Source: a virus
Strand: one strand, 5' to 3'
IMG/VR virus record: IMGVR_UViG_3300025280_000022
DNA length: 64,000 bases
The notes under the pieces: model-generated
Told to the model about the DNA's origin: nothing
The model's database searches: none
What the model saw: the letters and a program-made list of their open reading frames with translations, nothing else
Program-made: the position numbers and the translations under genes
Shown: positions 22,724 through 33,367 of the stretch, one piece after another
Layout of the letters: every line of letters begins with the position of its first letter
How positions within the stretch are numbered: the stretch's first letter is position 1

Positions 22724-24025
22724 ATGAAAAATTTAGAACGTCGCATTCGTTATACTCCAAAGGGCATTGAGGTGAAGCTTATTACCGTCGATGCAAAAAA
22801 ACTAACTAGCGAAGAAAGGAATAATCTTCCTGATTCCGATTTCGCCTACATTGAGCCAGGGGGCAAAAAGGTGGACGGTAAAACCGAGCCACGCTCTTTA
22901 AGGAAGTTCCCTATTCAAGATGCAGCTCATGTGCGTAGCGCTTTATCATATTTAAGCAACTCCGACCTTTCTCCCGAAGCAAAGAAGTCAGCGCTTAAGA
23001 AAATCAAAATCGCCGCCAAGAAGTTTGGCGTTACCGTAAGCGATTCTGACGCCAAAACCAAAAAGGAATGGGATAAGATTGACAAGAAAGAACTAAAGCG
23101 CGATACTAAAAAAGAAAAAGAGGAACACGAAAAGGACGCCGTCGAAGATGATGAGTCCAAGATTAAAAAATTAAAAAAGGGGAAGCCTTCGGAAAAGAAG
23201 GAGGCGGAAATCCGTGATCTCAAAAAGGACGAAAAGTTTGACAAAAAGAGTAAGCGTAAATATGCGAAAGCTAGAAGTGGATCTGGCTACCTTGGGAGCG
23301 ACAAAGAAAAGCAAGAAAGTCTCGAGCGCCAAGAGCGGCACCAAGACAAAAGCGAGCTCGATAACGAAACTCTTAAAGAGCGGCTTAAGCATCATGAGGA
23401 TGCAGTAAAAAATCTTAAAAAGGAAATCGCACAATTAGAAAAAGATAAGAAAGAAGACGCGGAAGATGTAAAGCGTGAATCCCAGGCCGCAAGCGATAAA
23501 CAAAAAGCGGCTCGAGAAAAGTTCATGGAAATGATACGCAAAAAGAAAAAGAACGGCGACGACAAAGACGACAAAGACGACGACAAAGATGACGACAAAG
23601 ACGACAAGAAAGCGAAAAAAGATAAAAAGGGCGACAAGAAAAAAGAAAAATCTAAGGGTCGAGTTGTTAAGGATGGAAAATACGAAGGAAAAGTTCCATA
23701 TCAAGGCCGCGAGCCCAATCCCGCTGTTCAATATCTCCCCAAGGGAGATAAGCCCGTCGAGTTAGATAAGGCTAAGGATGAAGACGGGAAGTACGTTCCT
23801 TATGAGGGTCCTGAGCCCAACCAGCAGGTTCAATATGATCCTGTTCCCCAAGAAGAGCACTTTCAGCACCAATCTTTTATGAATGAATGCATAGCGAATA
23901 CGGCTATGCATGCAGACACAGAGGGGCTCGATGAAAATCGAGCTTACATGTCTTGCGCTATTGCTTATGATAAAAAGTATCAAACTTCTTATGCTCCATG
24001 CGGCCCTCTAGGCTGCATCTATTAA
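22724..24025 (+). CDS. highly charged head-associated protein with DUF6582-like N-domain
   Basis: ERNNLPDSDFA...RKFPIQDAAHVRSAL followed by K/E/D-rich low complexity. Confidence 0.65.
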   Translation: MKNLERRIRYTPKGIEVKLITVDAKKLTSEERNNLPDSDFAYIEPGGKKVDGKTEPRSLRKFPIQDAAHVRSALSYLSNSDLSPEAKKSALKKIKIAAKKFGVTVSDSDAKTKKEWDKIDKKELKRDTKKEKEEHEKDAVEDDESKIKKLKKGKPSEKKEAEIRDLKKDEKFDKKSKRKYAKARSGSGYLGSDKEKQESLERQERHQDKSELDNETLKERLKHHEDAVKNLKKEIAQLEKDKKEDAEDVKRESQAASDKQKAAREKFMEMIRKKKKNGDDKDDKDDDKDDDKDDKKAKKDKKGDKKKEKSKGRVVKDGKYEGKVPYQGREPNPAVQYLPKGDKPVELDKAKDEDGKYVPYEGPEPNQQVQYDPVPQEEHFQHQSFMNECIANTAMHADTEGLDENRAYMSCAIAYDKKYQTSYAPCGPLGCIY

Positions 24026-24026
24026 G

Positions 24027-25601
24027 ATGCGGTTTGAGCACAAAACTCGATTCTGTAGCAAAATATTAGCCTCCGAAAGGGCGGCTAATTTTGAGCAATT
24101 AGGCATTAGTCAGGCATCGGTGGACGCATTGGAGCCGCTTATTCCTACTTCTATCGATTTAAAAAAAAATATTGATTTAATTGGCGTGGCTTTCAATGCT
24201 GCTGTTGTTAATAAGTTTAATCGAAATGGCGACGGCATCGATACGGATACGGCGTTGGGAGTAAAGGATTTCTTTGTTAATAAGCCTACTAATATAGAAC
24301 ATAAGAAGCAGGCCGTGGTTGGGCATATTGTTTCGAGCGCTTTTAGCGCGTTTGGGTCTAATGAATTATTGACCGACAAAGAGGCCGAGTCTTTGCGGCG
24401 CCCTTTTAATATTGCTTTGGCGGCTGTGGTATATAAAACTGTTAATCCTGGTTTTGCTCAACTCTTGGAAAATGACGAGGAAGAAGACGATGAAGTTATA
24501 TCCGCTAGCTGGGAGTTGGGATTTAATGATTACTATTTAGCTTTAGGGAGCGACAATCTTGACGAGGCAGAAATAATTACTGACCCTGGCCAGATTAAAG
24601 AATTTTCTAAATATCTTAAAGCATATGATGGAAACGGCAAGACTAAGGACGGCGTTTCGGTTAATAGGCTAATAGTGGGGGAAATTTTTCCGTTGGGAAT
24701 TGCGTTTACCACCAATCCTGCCGCCGATGTAGAGGGTGTTTACGTAGAAGATCCTGAAGCTGATCTTGTTGAGGCCACAGTGGACACAAAAAAAGAAGAA
24801 ATAGAAGAAGATTGTATCCCTCCGTTAAATAAATTTAATAATAAAATTTCACATTGTGAAGAAATAAATGTAAATCCAACAAACGAATCTATACTTATGG
24901 ACAGAGATATCATTAAACAATTCGAAGATATTCTTTCTGAGAAATTGGACAAAAAGCAGTTTTCTGAAGAAGCACTAGCTAATGTTGCTCAGATTATCCA
25001 CGAAGCCATCTTGAAGAAAGATCAAGAATATAAGGCGGAACGGGATGAGCGTGAGGAAGCAGAAGCCGAAGCCGCTTCAGAAAGCCAGCGTCTCCAGGCT
25101 GACCTGGAGGAGCTCAAAGAGCAACTGAACGCAAGCCAAGCACAACTTGGCGAGCTTCAGGAGGAAAAAGCCGTGGCTGAGGCAAAGGAGCGTTTTAATC
25201 TTAGAATGTCAGCTGTCGATGAGGAATTCGAACTCAGCGATGGTGACCGCGAGATTATCGCAACTGAACTTCAGAGCTTGGCGGACCCTCAGGAAGCTTT
25301 TGCTTCTTATCAAGATAAGCTGCGCATCATGTGGGTGCACAAGGCGAAATCTTATATTGAAGCAAGCGAAAAGCAGATAACAGAAAGAATAGAAAAGGAA
25401 GTGGCGCAACGCCTAGAGGAGCTTAGTCAAGTCGACGCATCAGAAGAAACCCCTGAGGTGGAAGATGTTTTAGACAATGTCGAGGCTCCTGACGAAAGCG
25501 TGGTCACCAATAATAACGCAGAAGGCGCTCAAACAGAGCCTTCTTTAAGAGACAAGTTTCAAGAGGCTTTTTCTCGCGAAAATTTAACAATCAAATTATA
25601 A
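24027..25601 (+). CDS. prohead protease + scaffold fusion
   Basis: NRNGD, PTNIEH, SASWELGF, TTNPAA. Acidic coiled-coil C-terminal half. Position before the capsid genes. Confidence 0.75.
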   Translation: MRFEHKTRFCSKILASERAANFEQLGISQASVDALEPLIPTSIDLKKNIDLIGVAFNAAVVNKFNRNGDGIDTDTALGVKDFFVNKPTNIEHKKQAVVGHIVSSAFSAFGSNELLTDKEAESLRRPFNIALAAVVYKTVNPGFAQLLENDEEEDDEVISASWELGFNDYYLALGSDNLDEAEIITDPGQIKEFSKYLKAYDGNGKTKDGVSVNRLIVGEIFPLGIAFTTNPAADVEGVYVEDPEADLVEATVDTKKEEIEEDCIPPLNKFNNKISHCEEINVNPTNESILMDRDIIKQFEDILSEKLDKKQFSEEALANVAQIIHEAILKKDQEYKAERDEREEAEAEAASESQRLQADLEELKEQLNASQAQLGELQEEKAVAEAKERFNLRMSAVDEEFELSDGDREIIATELQSLADPQEAFASYQDKLRIMWVHKAKSYIEASEKQITERIEKEVAQRLEELSQVDASEETPEVEDVLDNVEAPDESVVTNNNAEGAQTEPSLRDKFQEAFSRENLTIKL

Positions 25602-25608
25602 TTATATA

Positions 25609-26238
25609 ATGGCACTTAGAATTCTACCATTCAGACAATATAACGAGAATGACGTAGTTAACCTATACCGTTCCGACGTTACTAATACTCAGACGACTGA
25701 TACTAGTGATGCGGATGCGGGCGTTATCGTCAAGGTTTCTTCTGCTGATTTAAATGTGGGACCAATTGCCTATGAAGATAGCACTTATCTTGGCAAGACG
25801 GACTACGCATTTGTTGGCAAGGATCAACTGCCTGTCGTGCAAAATGTTTTCACGGCGGCTTCCTCTGGCGAGGCTATTTTAGGAATCACGTTAGCTCAAA
25901 CAGCCCAACAGGATGAAAATGGCGAAAAGCTAATTTATTATCCTCAAAAACAGCTTGAATTACAAGCTGTACATTCGGGCCAAGCCGTTCCAGTCCTTAC
26001 CAAGGGCGTTGTTACTATAGCATCTACGGCTTACGGAGGCACCTTAACACCTGGTCAATTTTTGACCGCCGCACAAGCGGCGAGCAAAGGCAAGGTGACA
26101 GGTCATGATACTTCGCAAGGAGGCGCCAACATTGGCATCGTTCTGGCGACGGGATCTCGTACTGCTGGAATTTCTGCTGACCAGTTCGCTGGCGCTGCAG
26201 GAAGCACAGCAGCTTACGCAATCATTCAGCTACGCTAA
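25609..26238 (+). CDS. capsid decoration/cement protein
   Basis: Between scaffold and MCP, with a GQAVPVLTKG motif. Confidence 0.6.
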   Translation: MALRILPFRQYNENDVVNLYRSDVTNTQTTDTSDADAGVIVKVSSADLNVGPIAYEDSTYLGKTDYAFVGKDQLPVVQNVFTAASSGEAILGITLAQTAQQDENGEKLIYYPQKQLELQAVHSGQAVPVLTKGVVTIASTAYGGTLTPGQFLTAAQAASKGKVTGHDTSQGGANIGIVLATGSRTAGISADQFAGAAGSTAAYAIIQLR

Positions 26239-26252
26239 AGGAAATACTGAAA

Positions 26253-27368
26253 ATGAAAATTACCTTAAAAAGAACAGACGAACAAATTGAGCTTATTAAA
26301 GCTATGGCGTCCAAAAATAGGGACGTCGCTTACGAAGCTCAGGCGGCTTTAGCTGAGTTTATGGGACCCGTGGTGGCCGAGGTTATTAACCAAGCCCCCG
26401 TTGTGAGCAACCTGTTTACATCATTTACTTTTGATGAAGACAGCAACCCAAGTTTACCGCTTGACCTTTACTACGACATTACGGCGGAAGATTATATCCA
26501 GGTTTATAGTACTACTATTCCTGGTGGTCTCCCAACCAATCATGTCCTACCAACCGCTAGTGAACTAAAGTTCACGACCTATCGTTTAGATAGTGCCGTT
26601 TCTTTTGATCGCCGTTATGCCGCCCAGTCTCGACTGGACGTAGTTGGCAAAACAATGACGCGTGTGGCTCAAGAAGTCCTAATGAAGCAGCAGACTACGT
26701 CTGCCAGTCTTTTGCTGGGCTCTCTTAGGGCAGCTACTACAGGAGGTACTGCCCATGTGAATGCATCCATTGTCACAGATACCTTCCTGTTGGCCGACCT
26801 CAACAAAATGATGACTACCGCCAAGCGGGTTAATGCCGCATGGACCAAGGGTACCCCAGTGGGGGGCGAGGGTAATGTGGGCATTACTGATATCTTAGTT
26901 TCACCTGAAATTGTGGAACAGATTCGGGCGATGTCTTATAATCCCGTTAATACCAAGACCTCAGCAGGAACACAGCCTCCTGCAACAGGGGGAGATGGAT
27001 GGATTGCTGCACCTGATGCCGTTCGTGAACGGATGTGGGGAAATGCTGGACTTCCTACTTTCTATGGTATTAATATCCATGAAATCAACGAATTGGGAAC
27101 TGGCCAGAAATTCACCGCGGTTTATGACGCCGCAGCTGGTTCAAATCCTGGCGCAGGAGCAGGCGAAGACCTAGTGGTTGGCTTGAATCTCTCCAAGGAC
27201 TCCCTGCTTAGGGCAGTCGCCTTGGACTCTGAGTCAGGCTCTGAGTTCGCGTTAATGGCTGACGATCAATATTCAATTCGACAACAGAAGATTGGCTTCT
27301 ATGGCTCGGTTGAAGAGGGTCGGATGGTTATTGATGTGCGCGCTCTATTCGGCGTGGTAATCACTTAA
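26253..27368 (+). CDS. major capsid protein
   Basis: 371 aa, synteny, DILVSPE and C-terminal IGFYG..EEG motifs, followed by a terminator. Confidence 0.78.
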   Translation: MKITLKRTDEQIELIKAMASKNRDVAYEAQAALAEFMGPVVAEVINQAPVVSNLFTSFTFDEDSNPSLPLDLYYDITAEDYIQVYSTTIPGGLPTNHVLPTASELKFTTYRLDSAVSFDRRYAAQSRLDVVGKTMTRVAQEVLMKQQTTSASLLLGSLRAATTGGTAHVNASIVTDTFLLADLNKMMTTAKRVNAAWTKGTPVGGEGNVGITDILVSPEIVEQIRAMSYNPVNTKTSAGTQPPATGGDGWIAAPDAVRERMWGNAGLPTFYGINIHEINELGTGQKFTAVYDAAAGSNPGAGAGEDLVVGLNLSKDSLLRAVALDSESGSEFALMADDQYSIRQQKIGFYGSVEEGRMVIDVRALFGVVIT

Positions 27369-27395
27369 GCTACATAGTTTAAACCCACTCTTACG

Positions 27396-27424
27396 AAAGG
27401 GGGCTCTTTGGGGGCCCCCTTTTG
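27396..27424 (+). terminator. intrinsic terminator
   Basis: aaagggggctc...gggcccccttt followed by T-rich sequence. Confidence 0.75.
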
Positions 27425-27484
27425 TTGTTCACGAAAAGTAGATTTTTGTGTAATCTTTTCTATAATAATAGCGAAAGACAAATT

Positions 27485-27871
27485 ATGGCACGCAAACGCA
27501 AAAATACTAAAAATACAAAAAAACTAGATAATTTAAAGATGGTGGACGGCAAGTCTGAAGCTGTTGAAAAAATTAAAGAACTTCACGAAATACTTGGGGT
27601 TCCAACGGTTAATCCTTTTGGCACAAATTCAATTGAGGAATTTGAGGAAAAGATGGATGAAATGAACCTCAGCGATCTTCAGGCTTTGGCCGTAAGGGTT
27701 GGGTTGTTTCCTGGGGGTTCTAGGCTTAATCTTAAAAACAAGCTTACTAAAGAATTTTATTCTACTCCTGGGGCGGGAGCAGGCGTTGATGTGGGATTTT
27801 CCCAACCTATTGCGGACCCCAATTCTCCACAAGGAAAAAAATTACTTAAGTTAATGCGCGAAGGGCTGTAG
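27485..27871 (+). CDS. hypothetical protein
   Basis: Start MARKRK after GTGTAA. MNLSDLQALA helix motif. Confidence 0.7.
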   Translation: MARKRKNTKNTKKLDNLKMVDGKSEAVEKIKELHEILGVPTVNPFGTNSIEEFEEKMDEMNLSDLQALAVRVGLFPGGSRLNLKNKLTKEFYSTPGAGAGVDVGFSQPIADPNSPQGKKLLKLMREGL

Positions 27872-27875
27872 TTTA

Positions 27876-28403
27876 ATGAATCAAATTGGCAATTTAGCTG
27901 CCAGTATATATGATACAGAATTCGGCTACGCTTCTACCGAGCTAGAGCGAGAGGTAGAAGTTGTAGCAATTTCAGGGTGGTTGATCGCAAATGAGGGCCT
28001 ATTAAATACTTTAATATATACTCAGTTTAGCGGCACGGATCCAGGTATGAGGCTGGAAGAGCAGAACATCTTCAAGCAGTTGTATCTATCGCGCTATTAT
28101 CGCAAGGCTAGTCGAGACGTCTTGCGCAATATTACTACGGACGGTTTGGACTGGACACGCCTATCAGAGGGCGATACCACCATTATGAGAAATAATAAAA
28201 ACGAAACCGCGAAAACCTATCTGAGTCTCGCCAAGGAAGCTGATGAGACCATGACCAATCTTGTTTATTCTTATAATCTTTATGGGGCTAAACCCTACCA
28301 AGTGGCTGGTGCCGACGGGGGGTATGCTACGGGCAGCGGGATGTGGCCGCCTAATTATATGTACCCCTATTCCTGGCAGGGTTATCCTTACGCTAGATAC
28401 TAA
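27876..28403 (+). CDS. putative head-tail adaptor
   Basis: Synteny only. Confidence 0.5.
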   Translation: MNQIGNLAASIYDTEFGYASTELEREVEVVAISGWLIANEGLLNTLIYTQFSGTDPGMRLEEQNIFKQLYLSRYYRKASRDVLRNITTDGLDWTRLSEGDTTIMRNNKNETAKTYLSLAKEADETMTNLVYSYNLYGAKPYQVAGADGGYATGSGMWPPNYMYPYSWQGYPYARY

Positions 28404-28849
28404 TGGCAAGTTATTTATCCAGCGCTCAAAAATCTGTTATCGCGGGTGTCTTTGATAATATGCATGACACTTTCGCGAGGGACATCACTATTTATCAAGT
28501 CAAAAATAAAATATTTGTTTCCACCAATAACACCTATAATGCCTTATATAAAAGAATAAAAGATTCGGCTTACGAAAGAAAAGAGGTTACCTCGACCACG
28601 GCAAAAGCGCGTATTCTCTATGTTGACAAACAACTGGAAAGAGACTTGGCGGGCCTGGCCGCTCAAATTAATGTGCCTCTGTCCGAAGGTATGGTACGGG
28701 TAAAAATAGATGCCTCTACCTATGCTTTATTTAAAAAGGCGTCGGAAATAGAAATTGATGGAGACCCTTTTAATATCGTAGGAGACGCGGCGGGGATTGG
28801 TCAATTTAATATTACTTATTATACGGTTTATTTGCAGAGGGCAGACTAA
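28403..28849 (+). CDS. putative head closure protein
   Basis: Synteny, beta-rich, C-terminal YTVYLQR. Confidence 0.5.
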   Translation: MASYLSSAQKSVIAGVFDNMHDTFARDITIYQVKNKIFVSTNNTYNALYKRIKDSAYERKEVTSTTAKARILYVDKQLERDLAGLAAQINVPLSEGMVRVKIDASTYALFKKASEIEIDGDPFNIVGDAAGIGQFNITYYTVYLQRAD

Positions 28850-29454
28850 TGGCAGGAGGATTCCGCATAAATCGGCGTGGACTGAGGAGGGAGCTTCATA
28901 AAAAGGGCGGACCATTTATTCGCAAAAAACTTCAGGTTGCTGCTAATAGGGTTGCGGCGCAAGCCAAAGAGCACCTTTTGAGTCTTTTTAATTCTCATTC
29001 TATTACGCAGGAAATTGAGGAAGGCCCTTCGGCCACCAATAAGAGTGGCACCTTGGGAGGCGTAGGTAATTTATTTACCTATATTGGATTTGAAGAAGGG
29101 TCGCAGCCCATAGCTATCATTCGTCGCTATCTTCAAGACGCCATACAGGTAAAGGCAGTAAAGAGGGGGGCGAAAGATTTGCATTTTATTATTGAATTTA
29201 AAATTCCCTCAAAAGAGCAAATTGAGCGAATGTCTCCTGTTCCCTGGGCGCCTGGGCGCAGTTGGGTAAGGGCAATGGAGCTAGGCCTATCTGGACTCGG
29301 CAAATATTTATTTAAGGCAAGCCCCGCTAGTCGTTCAGGGGGAGCCATTCAAGTAAAAGGGCAAGTGTCTACCTCACGTTTTGCTAACCAAAGCTATATG
29401 TCCACGATGCTAGATCAAGTGAGGGACTATATCAAAAGGGAGTTAGTGCGATGA
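28849..29454 (+). CDS. putative neck/tail completion protein
   Basis: Synteny, basic protein. Confidence 0.45.
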   Translation: MAGGFRINRRGLRRELHKKGGPFIRKKLQVAANRVAAQAKEHLLSLFNSHSITQEIEEGPSATNKSGTLGGVGNLFTYIGFEEGSQPIAIIRRYLQDAIQVKAVKRGAKDLHFIIEFKIPSKEQIERMSPVPWAPGRSWVRAMELGLSGLGKYLFKASPASRSGGAIQVKGQVSTSRFANQSYMSTMLDQVRDYIKRELVR

Positions 29455-30320
29455 AGGTTCAATGGGATCATCTTGTTTTATCGAGTTTTTATTTATGGTT
29501 CGATGACCAGGTAGTAACTCAGGCCGAAGCGGTAACCACGGGAATTTCTCAAACCTTTTCTTATTCTACCTTGGGTACAGACGTCCCTTCTAATTTAGTG
29601 GCATATTACGCCCCTGATCGCCAGCTGGTCGCTAATGGAACGGGGGTCCCTAGCGGGGTTTATGTTAATGGCTCCCTGGTAAATCAAGGCACTAATAATT
29701 TGATGATAGATTTTGATCAAGGGCGAGTCCTAATGGACTCTTCGGAGGGCGCCAGTCTTACGGTTAGTGGTAATTTTGATCGAAAAAATGTAAATGTTTA
29801 TATCACCAATCAGAGCGAAGAAGAGATCATATTAAATACCGATTTTATTTTGGCTAGCGATGGAGATACGTGGCTGCAAAACGCTGGCCAACTGGGGCAG
29901 AATAATTATACGGTACCCGCAGCTTTTATAAGCTATAATAGTTCTACTAACAAGCCCTATGCATTTGGGGGGCTGGATGATACTGCTTCAGTAATTAGAG
30001 TGGTTTTTATCGCAGAAGACAATTATACGCTGGATGGAATGCTGTCTTCCTTTAGGGATACGGCGCGAACCTGCGTCCACATGTTTAGTTATGACGATTT
30101 TCCCTTCGGGGAGTATTTTCATATTAAATCCCCTCCTTATTCTTATTCGGCTCTTGTTGCCTCGACACCCAATAATAAAAAGGCTTTTATAGAAAATGTT
30201 ACTACGTCCAAGCTTTATGACAGGTCGAGCCTAAGAATACACAAGGATCTTTTAATAGGTTTTGCAGACTTTGAGTTAAGCAGTATAAGGTATCCGCGAA
30301 TATCTCCCACGGCAGTTTAA
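29451..30320 (+). CDS. putative tail terminator protein
   Basis: Immediately before the tail tube gene. PAAFI...FGG motif. Confidence 0.45.
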   Translation: MKVQWDHLVLSSFYLWFDDQVVTQAEAVTTGISQTFSYSTLGTDVPSNLVAYYAPDRQLVANGTGVPSGVYVNGSLVNQGTNNLMIDFDQGRVLMDSSEGASLTVSGNFDRKNVNVYITNQSEEEIILNTDFILASDGDTWLQNAGQLGQNNYTVPAAFISYNSSTNKPYAFGGLDDTASVIRVVFIAEDNYTLDGMLSSFRDTARTCVHMFSYDDFPFGEYFHIKSPPYSYSALVASTPNNKKAFIENVTTSKLYDRSSLRIHKDLLIGFADFELSSIRYPRISPTAV

Positions 30321-30387
30321 AAAAATTTCTCTTTCACGAGGAAAGGCGTGTATCTAGTAATAGCACGAACTTTTAAATATATATATT

Positions 30388-31602
30388 ATGGCAAGAAATA
30401 GAGTAATTTACCAATCAGAAGCGCTATTCGTCAGCAATACGGGGCTCCGAAACTTCCAGCAGATACTTCGAACCCAAGACGTATCGCATACTATTGACGT
30501 CCCACGTACCGACATTAATGAATTCGGTAAGTTGGCAGCATTATCGCGCGAAGTAGTAGAGCCACCTACCGTTAGTACGGACTTTACTTACTATCTAACC
30601 AATGGCATTAATGAAAGTGGTCTCGGCTTTAGTGTTCGAGGACTAACGAACGAAAACAGCACCAATTGCGTGTCTGGACTTATTGGGGAAGACCCCGATA
30701 TTATTAAGAAAAATTATTTTATCGTCACTTCTGAGGAAGGCGTCGATGCAACTAATAATACGGGAACTTTCGATACGAGGGGGACCCGTCCAATGTCCGT
30801 CATTGGAATTGGAAATGCATTTATTACCGATTATACGCTTAATGCTGCCGTGGGGGATGTTCCCAATGCCAGCGTAAGCGTAGAGGGATCGAATATTAAC
30901 TTTGGTACAGGTGGTGCAGGCTATATATTAGACGGTTTAGTACCTCCAGCTGATTGGTATGGTTCCACAACGGGCTTCGATCAACTTGCGGGCTCTATTA
31001 CGGGCGGACATCCATCGGATCCCGCTGGTATTATTAGTAATCCTGCAATTAATGAAGTTGATGGCTCTATGCTAACGGGCGTCGGAGTCCTCGTGCCAGG
31101 TAGCTCTACGGGCGAATTGTCGATTACGGCATTGCGACCTGGAGATATAACGATGACCTTTGATAACGCCAGTAGCCTGATGGGGGGAGCCAATCTAAGC
31201 GACCTTCATGTTCAAAATTTTTCCGTTAGCTTGCCTGTTGGCAGAACTGCTCTTAACCAAATAGGAAATCGTTATCCATACTTTAGGGCGGTAGATTTTC
31301 CTGTAACCGCTAATTGTAGCGTTAGCGCTATTCTTTCTGAGCAGGCGACGGGCAACCTTAATACGCTGCTCTGTAGTAACGAGACGCATCAAATCACTAT
31401 TAAATTGCATAAGCCTTGTGAGCTCGGTGTTGCGGGAGGCGAGGCCTTTAGGATTACCATGAAAAATGCTGATGTTGATAATCAAACCCTTAATTCTACC
31501 ATTGGCGACAATAAGACGGTAGACTTCACGTTCTCTACTCAAATTGGCGGTCCTAATGACCTAACTGCAGGCGTCTTTATGAGCGGAAATAAAGACGCTT
31601 AA
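30388..31602 (+). CDS. major tail tube protein
   Basis: MARNRVIYQSEAL, RTDINEFG, beta-rich, own promoter and terminator. Confidence 0.7.
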   Translation: MARNRVIYQSEALFVSNTGLRNFQQILRTQDVSHTIDVPRTDINEFGKLAALSREVVEPPTVSTDFTYYLTNGINESGLGFSVRGLTNENSTNCVSGLIGEDPDIIKKNYFIVTSEEGVDATNNTGTFDTRGTRPMSVIGIGNAFITDYTLNAAVGDVPNASVSVEGSNINFGTGGAGYILDGLVPPADWYGSTTGFDQLAGSITGGHPSDPAGIISNPAINEVDGSMLTGVGVLVPGSSTGELSITALRPGDITMTFDNASSLMGGANLSDLHVQNFSVSLPVGRTALNQIGNRYPYFRAVDFPVTANCSVSAILSEQATGNLNTLLCSNETHQITIKLHKPCELGVAGGEAFRITMKNADVDNQTLNSTIGDNKTVDFTFSTQIGGPNDLTAGVFMSGNKDA

Positions 31603-31620
31603 TTAAGTTTTAAACTTCTC

Positions 31621-31654
31621 AAAAAGGCCCCTCTTTTGAAAGAGGGGCTTTTTT
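31621..31654 (+). terminator. intrinsic (bidirectional) terminator
   Basis: aaaaaggcccctctt-ttga-aagaggggctttttt. Confidence 0.85.
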
Positions 31655-31672
31655 GTGTAATAATAACCAGGA

Positions 31673-32560
31673 ATGGATCGTAACACATATTTTGATCAAA
31701 AGGTTTTCATTGCACGTTCGGGAGAAGCTTTGAATAAGGTGGATGGCGTGCAGGGGTTTGACGCGAATTGGTCGGTGCCCAGTACACCAGTAGCTATTAA
31801 TGGCTATGGTTTTATGGAAGACGCTATTGAGGGTACGCTCGAGGGCTCTGTTACTATAGATAAAATTGTTACTTCGCAGCAAAATATTTTTTCTCCTTTA
31901 TTTGATGCGACTTTATCTGGAACTTTGGCTTATGGGTCTAGTGGCCTTTTTGATAGGAATTTTATTTTCAGCAATGCTTATATTTCATCTTATACTTCTG
32001 CGTGCACGGTAAATGAGGTGGCTACTGAAAATGTAAGTATTAACTGCTATGGAGGTATTATGGGGAGCGGCAATACGGGCCTGTGTGCCTCCGAGGGAGA
32101 CACAGTTTTTGTGGCGCAAGCAGGAAATATATCTCTGTCTATTTCTAATCCTAACGATGCCGCGGATAGAATAGACCTCACTGACGCGATTCAGTCTTAT
32201 AATATTGAGGCTACTATTAATAGGCGAGTTATTGAAGCGGGCATTGGAAGCAACTTTATTCAGCCCATATCTAACTTTTTAATAGAGTATCCCATTCCCC
32301 TAAAAACATCAGTAGATTTATTGGTGACTCAATATGAATCCCCTCTGCTAATGGATTTAGTTTGTGGCCCAGAAGAGAAAAATATTTCCATTATTCTTCG
32401 GGATTGTTCGCAGGCGGTTGATATTAGAAGTTTTAACATTGGAAAAAGTAAATTAGCGTCGTACTCTACCTCCTCTGCTATAGGGGACAATCTCAGTGTT
32501 AGTTTGGAGTTTATAAAACAGATAACAGGCATCGCAGACCTTACCACTATTATTCAATAA
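31673..32560 (+). CDS. tail tube-like protein
   Basis: Beta-rich. YISSYT...VNEV and YPIP...SIGDN echo the tube protein. Confidence 0.55.
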   Translation: MDRNTYFDQKVFIARSGEALNKVDGVQGFDANWSVPSTPVAINGYGFMEDAIEGTLEGSVTIDKIVTSQQNIFSPLFDATLSGTLAYGSSGLFDRNFIFSNAYISSYTSACTVNEVATENVSINCYGGIMGSGNTGLCASEGDTVFVAQAGNISLSISNPNDAADRIDLTDAIQSYNIEATINRRVIEAGIGSNFIQPISNFLIEYPIPLKTSVDLLVTQYESPLLMDLVCGPEEKNISIILRDCSQAVDIRSFNIGKSKLASYSTSSAIGDNLSVSLEFIKQITGIADLTTIIQ

Positions 32561-33367
32561 ATGGCTATCTCCTATCAGAACTGCCCCGTTACCATTAATG
32601 GCGTAAATCTTTTTGCTACTAATGTGAGCTGGAATCAAAGCCAAAGCCTCCAGGGTTTGCGCGTTCTAGGGGGCGCCGTAACATCTGCCGTCACTCAGGC
32701 GCCCGAAGGGGAGTTCACGGCAGATTTTTATATAGGTTCCACGGGTATTGCCGTCAAATTTGGATCAGCGTTGGCAAAAACGGGAAGCGAATTTTTCGAC
32801 TGCACTATTGGCGATCTGACGTTTTCCAAATGTTTACTAAATAGCTTTAATATATCTGCCCAAACTAATGCTCTTATAAATGGTTCCCTGGGGGTCGGCT
32901 GTTATGGGAATATAGTAGGGAATATATCGGGGACAAAGGCTACAGGAAAAATAACAGGGGCGCACGCTGCTCAATCGGTTCTGCAGGCCCAAGCCACGGA
33001 GGAGGGAATAGGAATTGGTTTTTCGTCAAATCCTTATTCCTTTACCTATGATTTAAGCAAGGAATACAGCATTAACAGAGTTGTGGGTACGGGCGATCTA
33101 GCTCAAGGTAATGTAAAATTTGTCTCCGCCACAGAAAGGGCTACCCTTGAAGGAGACAGGTTGCCTAGTGGCATTGCCAAGGATCCTGCGGGGAGCTCAG
33201 CGTTCGCTTGCCTTACGGGTTATGAAGTAGCTCTAGAGTTAAAAAGCAGTTGTGGAGCCTCTTTCGGTTCAGTTGGATTAAGCAAGGGCAATGCTGTGAG
33301 TAGAAATCTCCAGGTTGCCAATAATGATACAGTACGAGGTTCGGTTACTATTGAAAGGAACTATTAA
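32561..33367 (+). CDS. minor tail protein (paralog of next gene)
   Basis: MAISY..., SFTYDLSKEY. Confidence 0.55.
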   Translation: MAISYQNCPVTINGVNLFATNVSWNQSQSLQGLRVLGGAVTSAVTQAPEGEFTADFYIGSTGIAVKFGSALAKTGSEFFDCTIGDLTFSKCLLNSFNISAQTNALINGSLGVGCYGNIVGNISGTKATGKITGAHAAQSVLQAQATEEGIGIGFSSNPYSFTYDLSKEYSINRVVGTGDLAQGNVKFVSATERATLEGDRLPSGIAKDPAGSSAFACLTGYEVALELKSSCGASFGSVGLSKGNAVSRNLQVANNDTVRGSVTIERNY

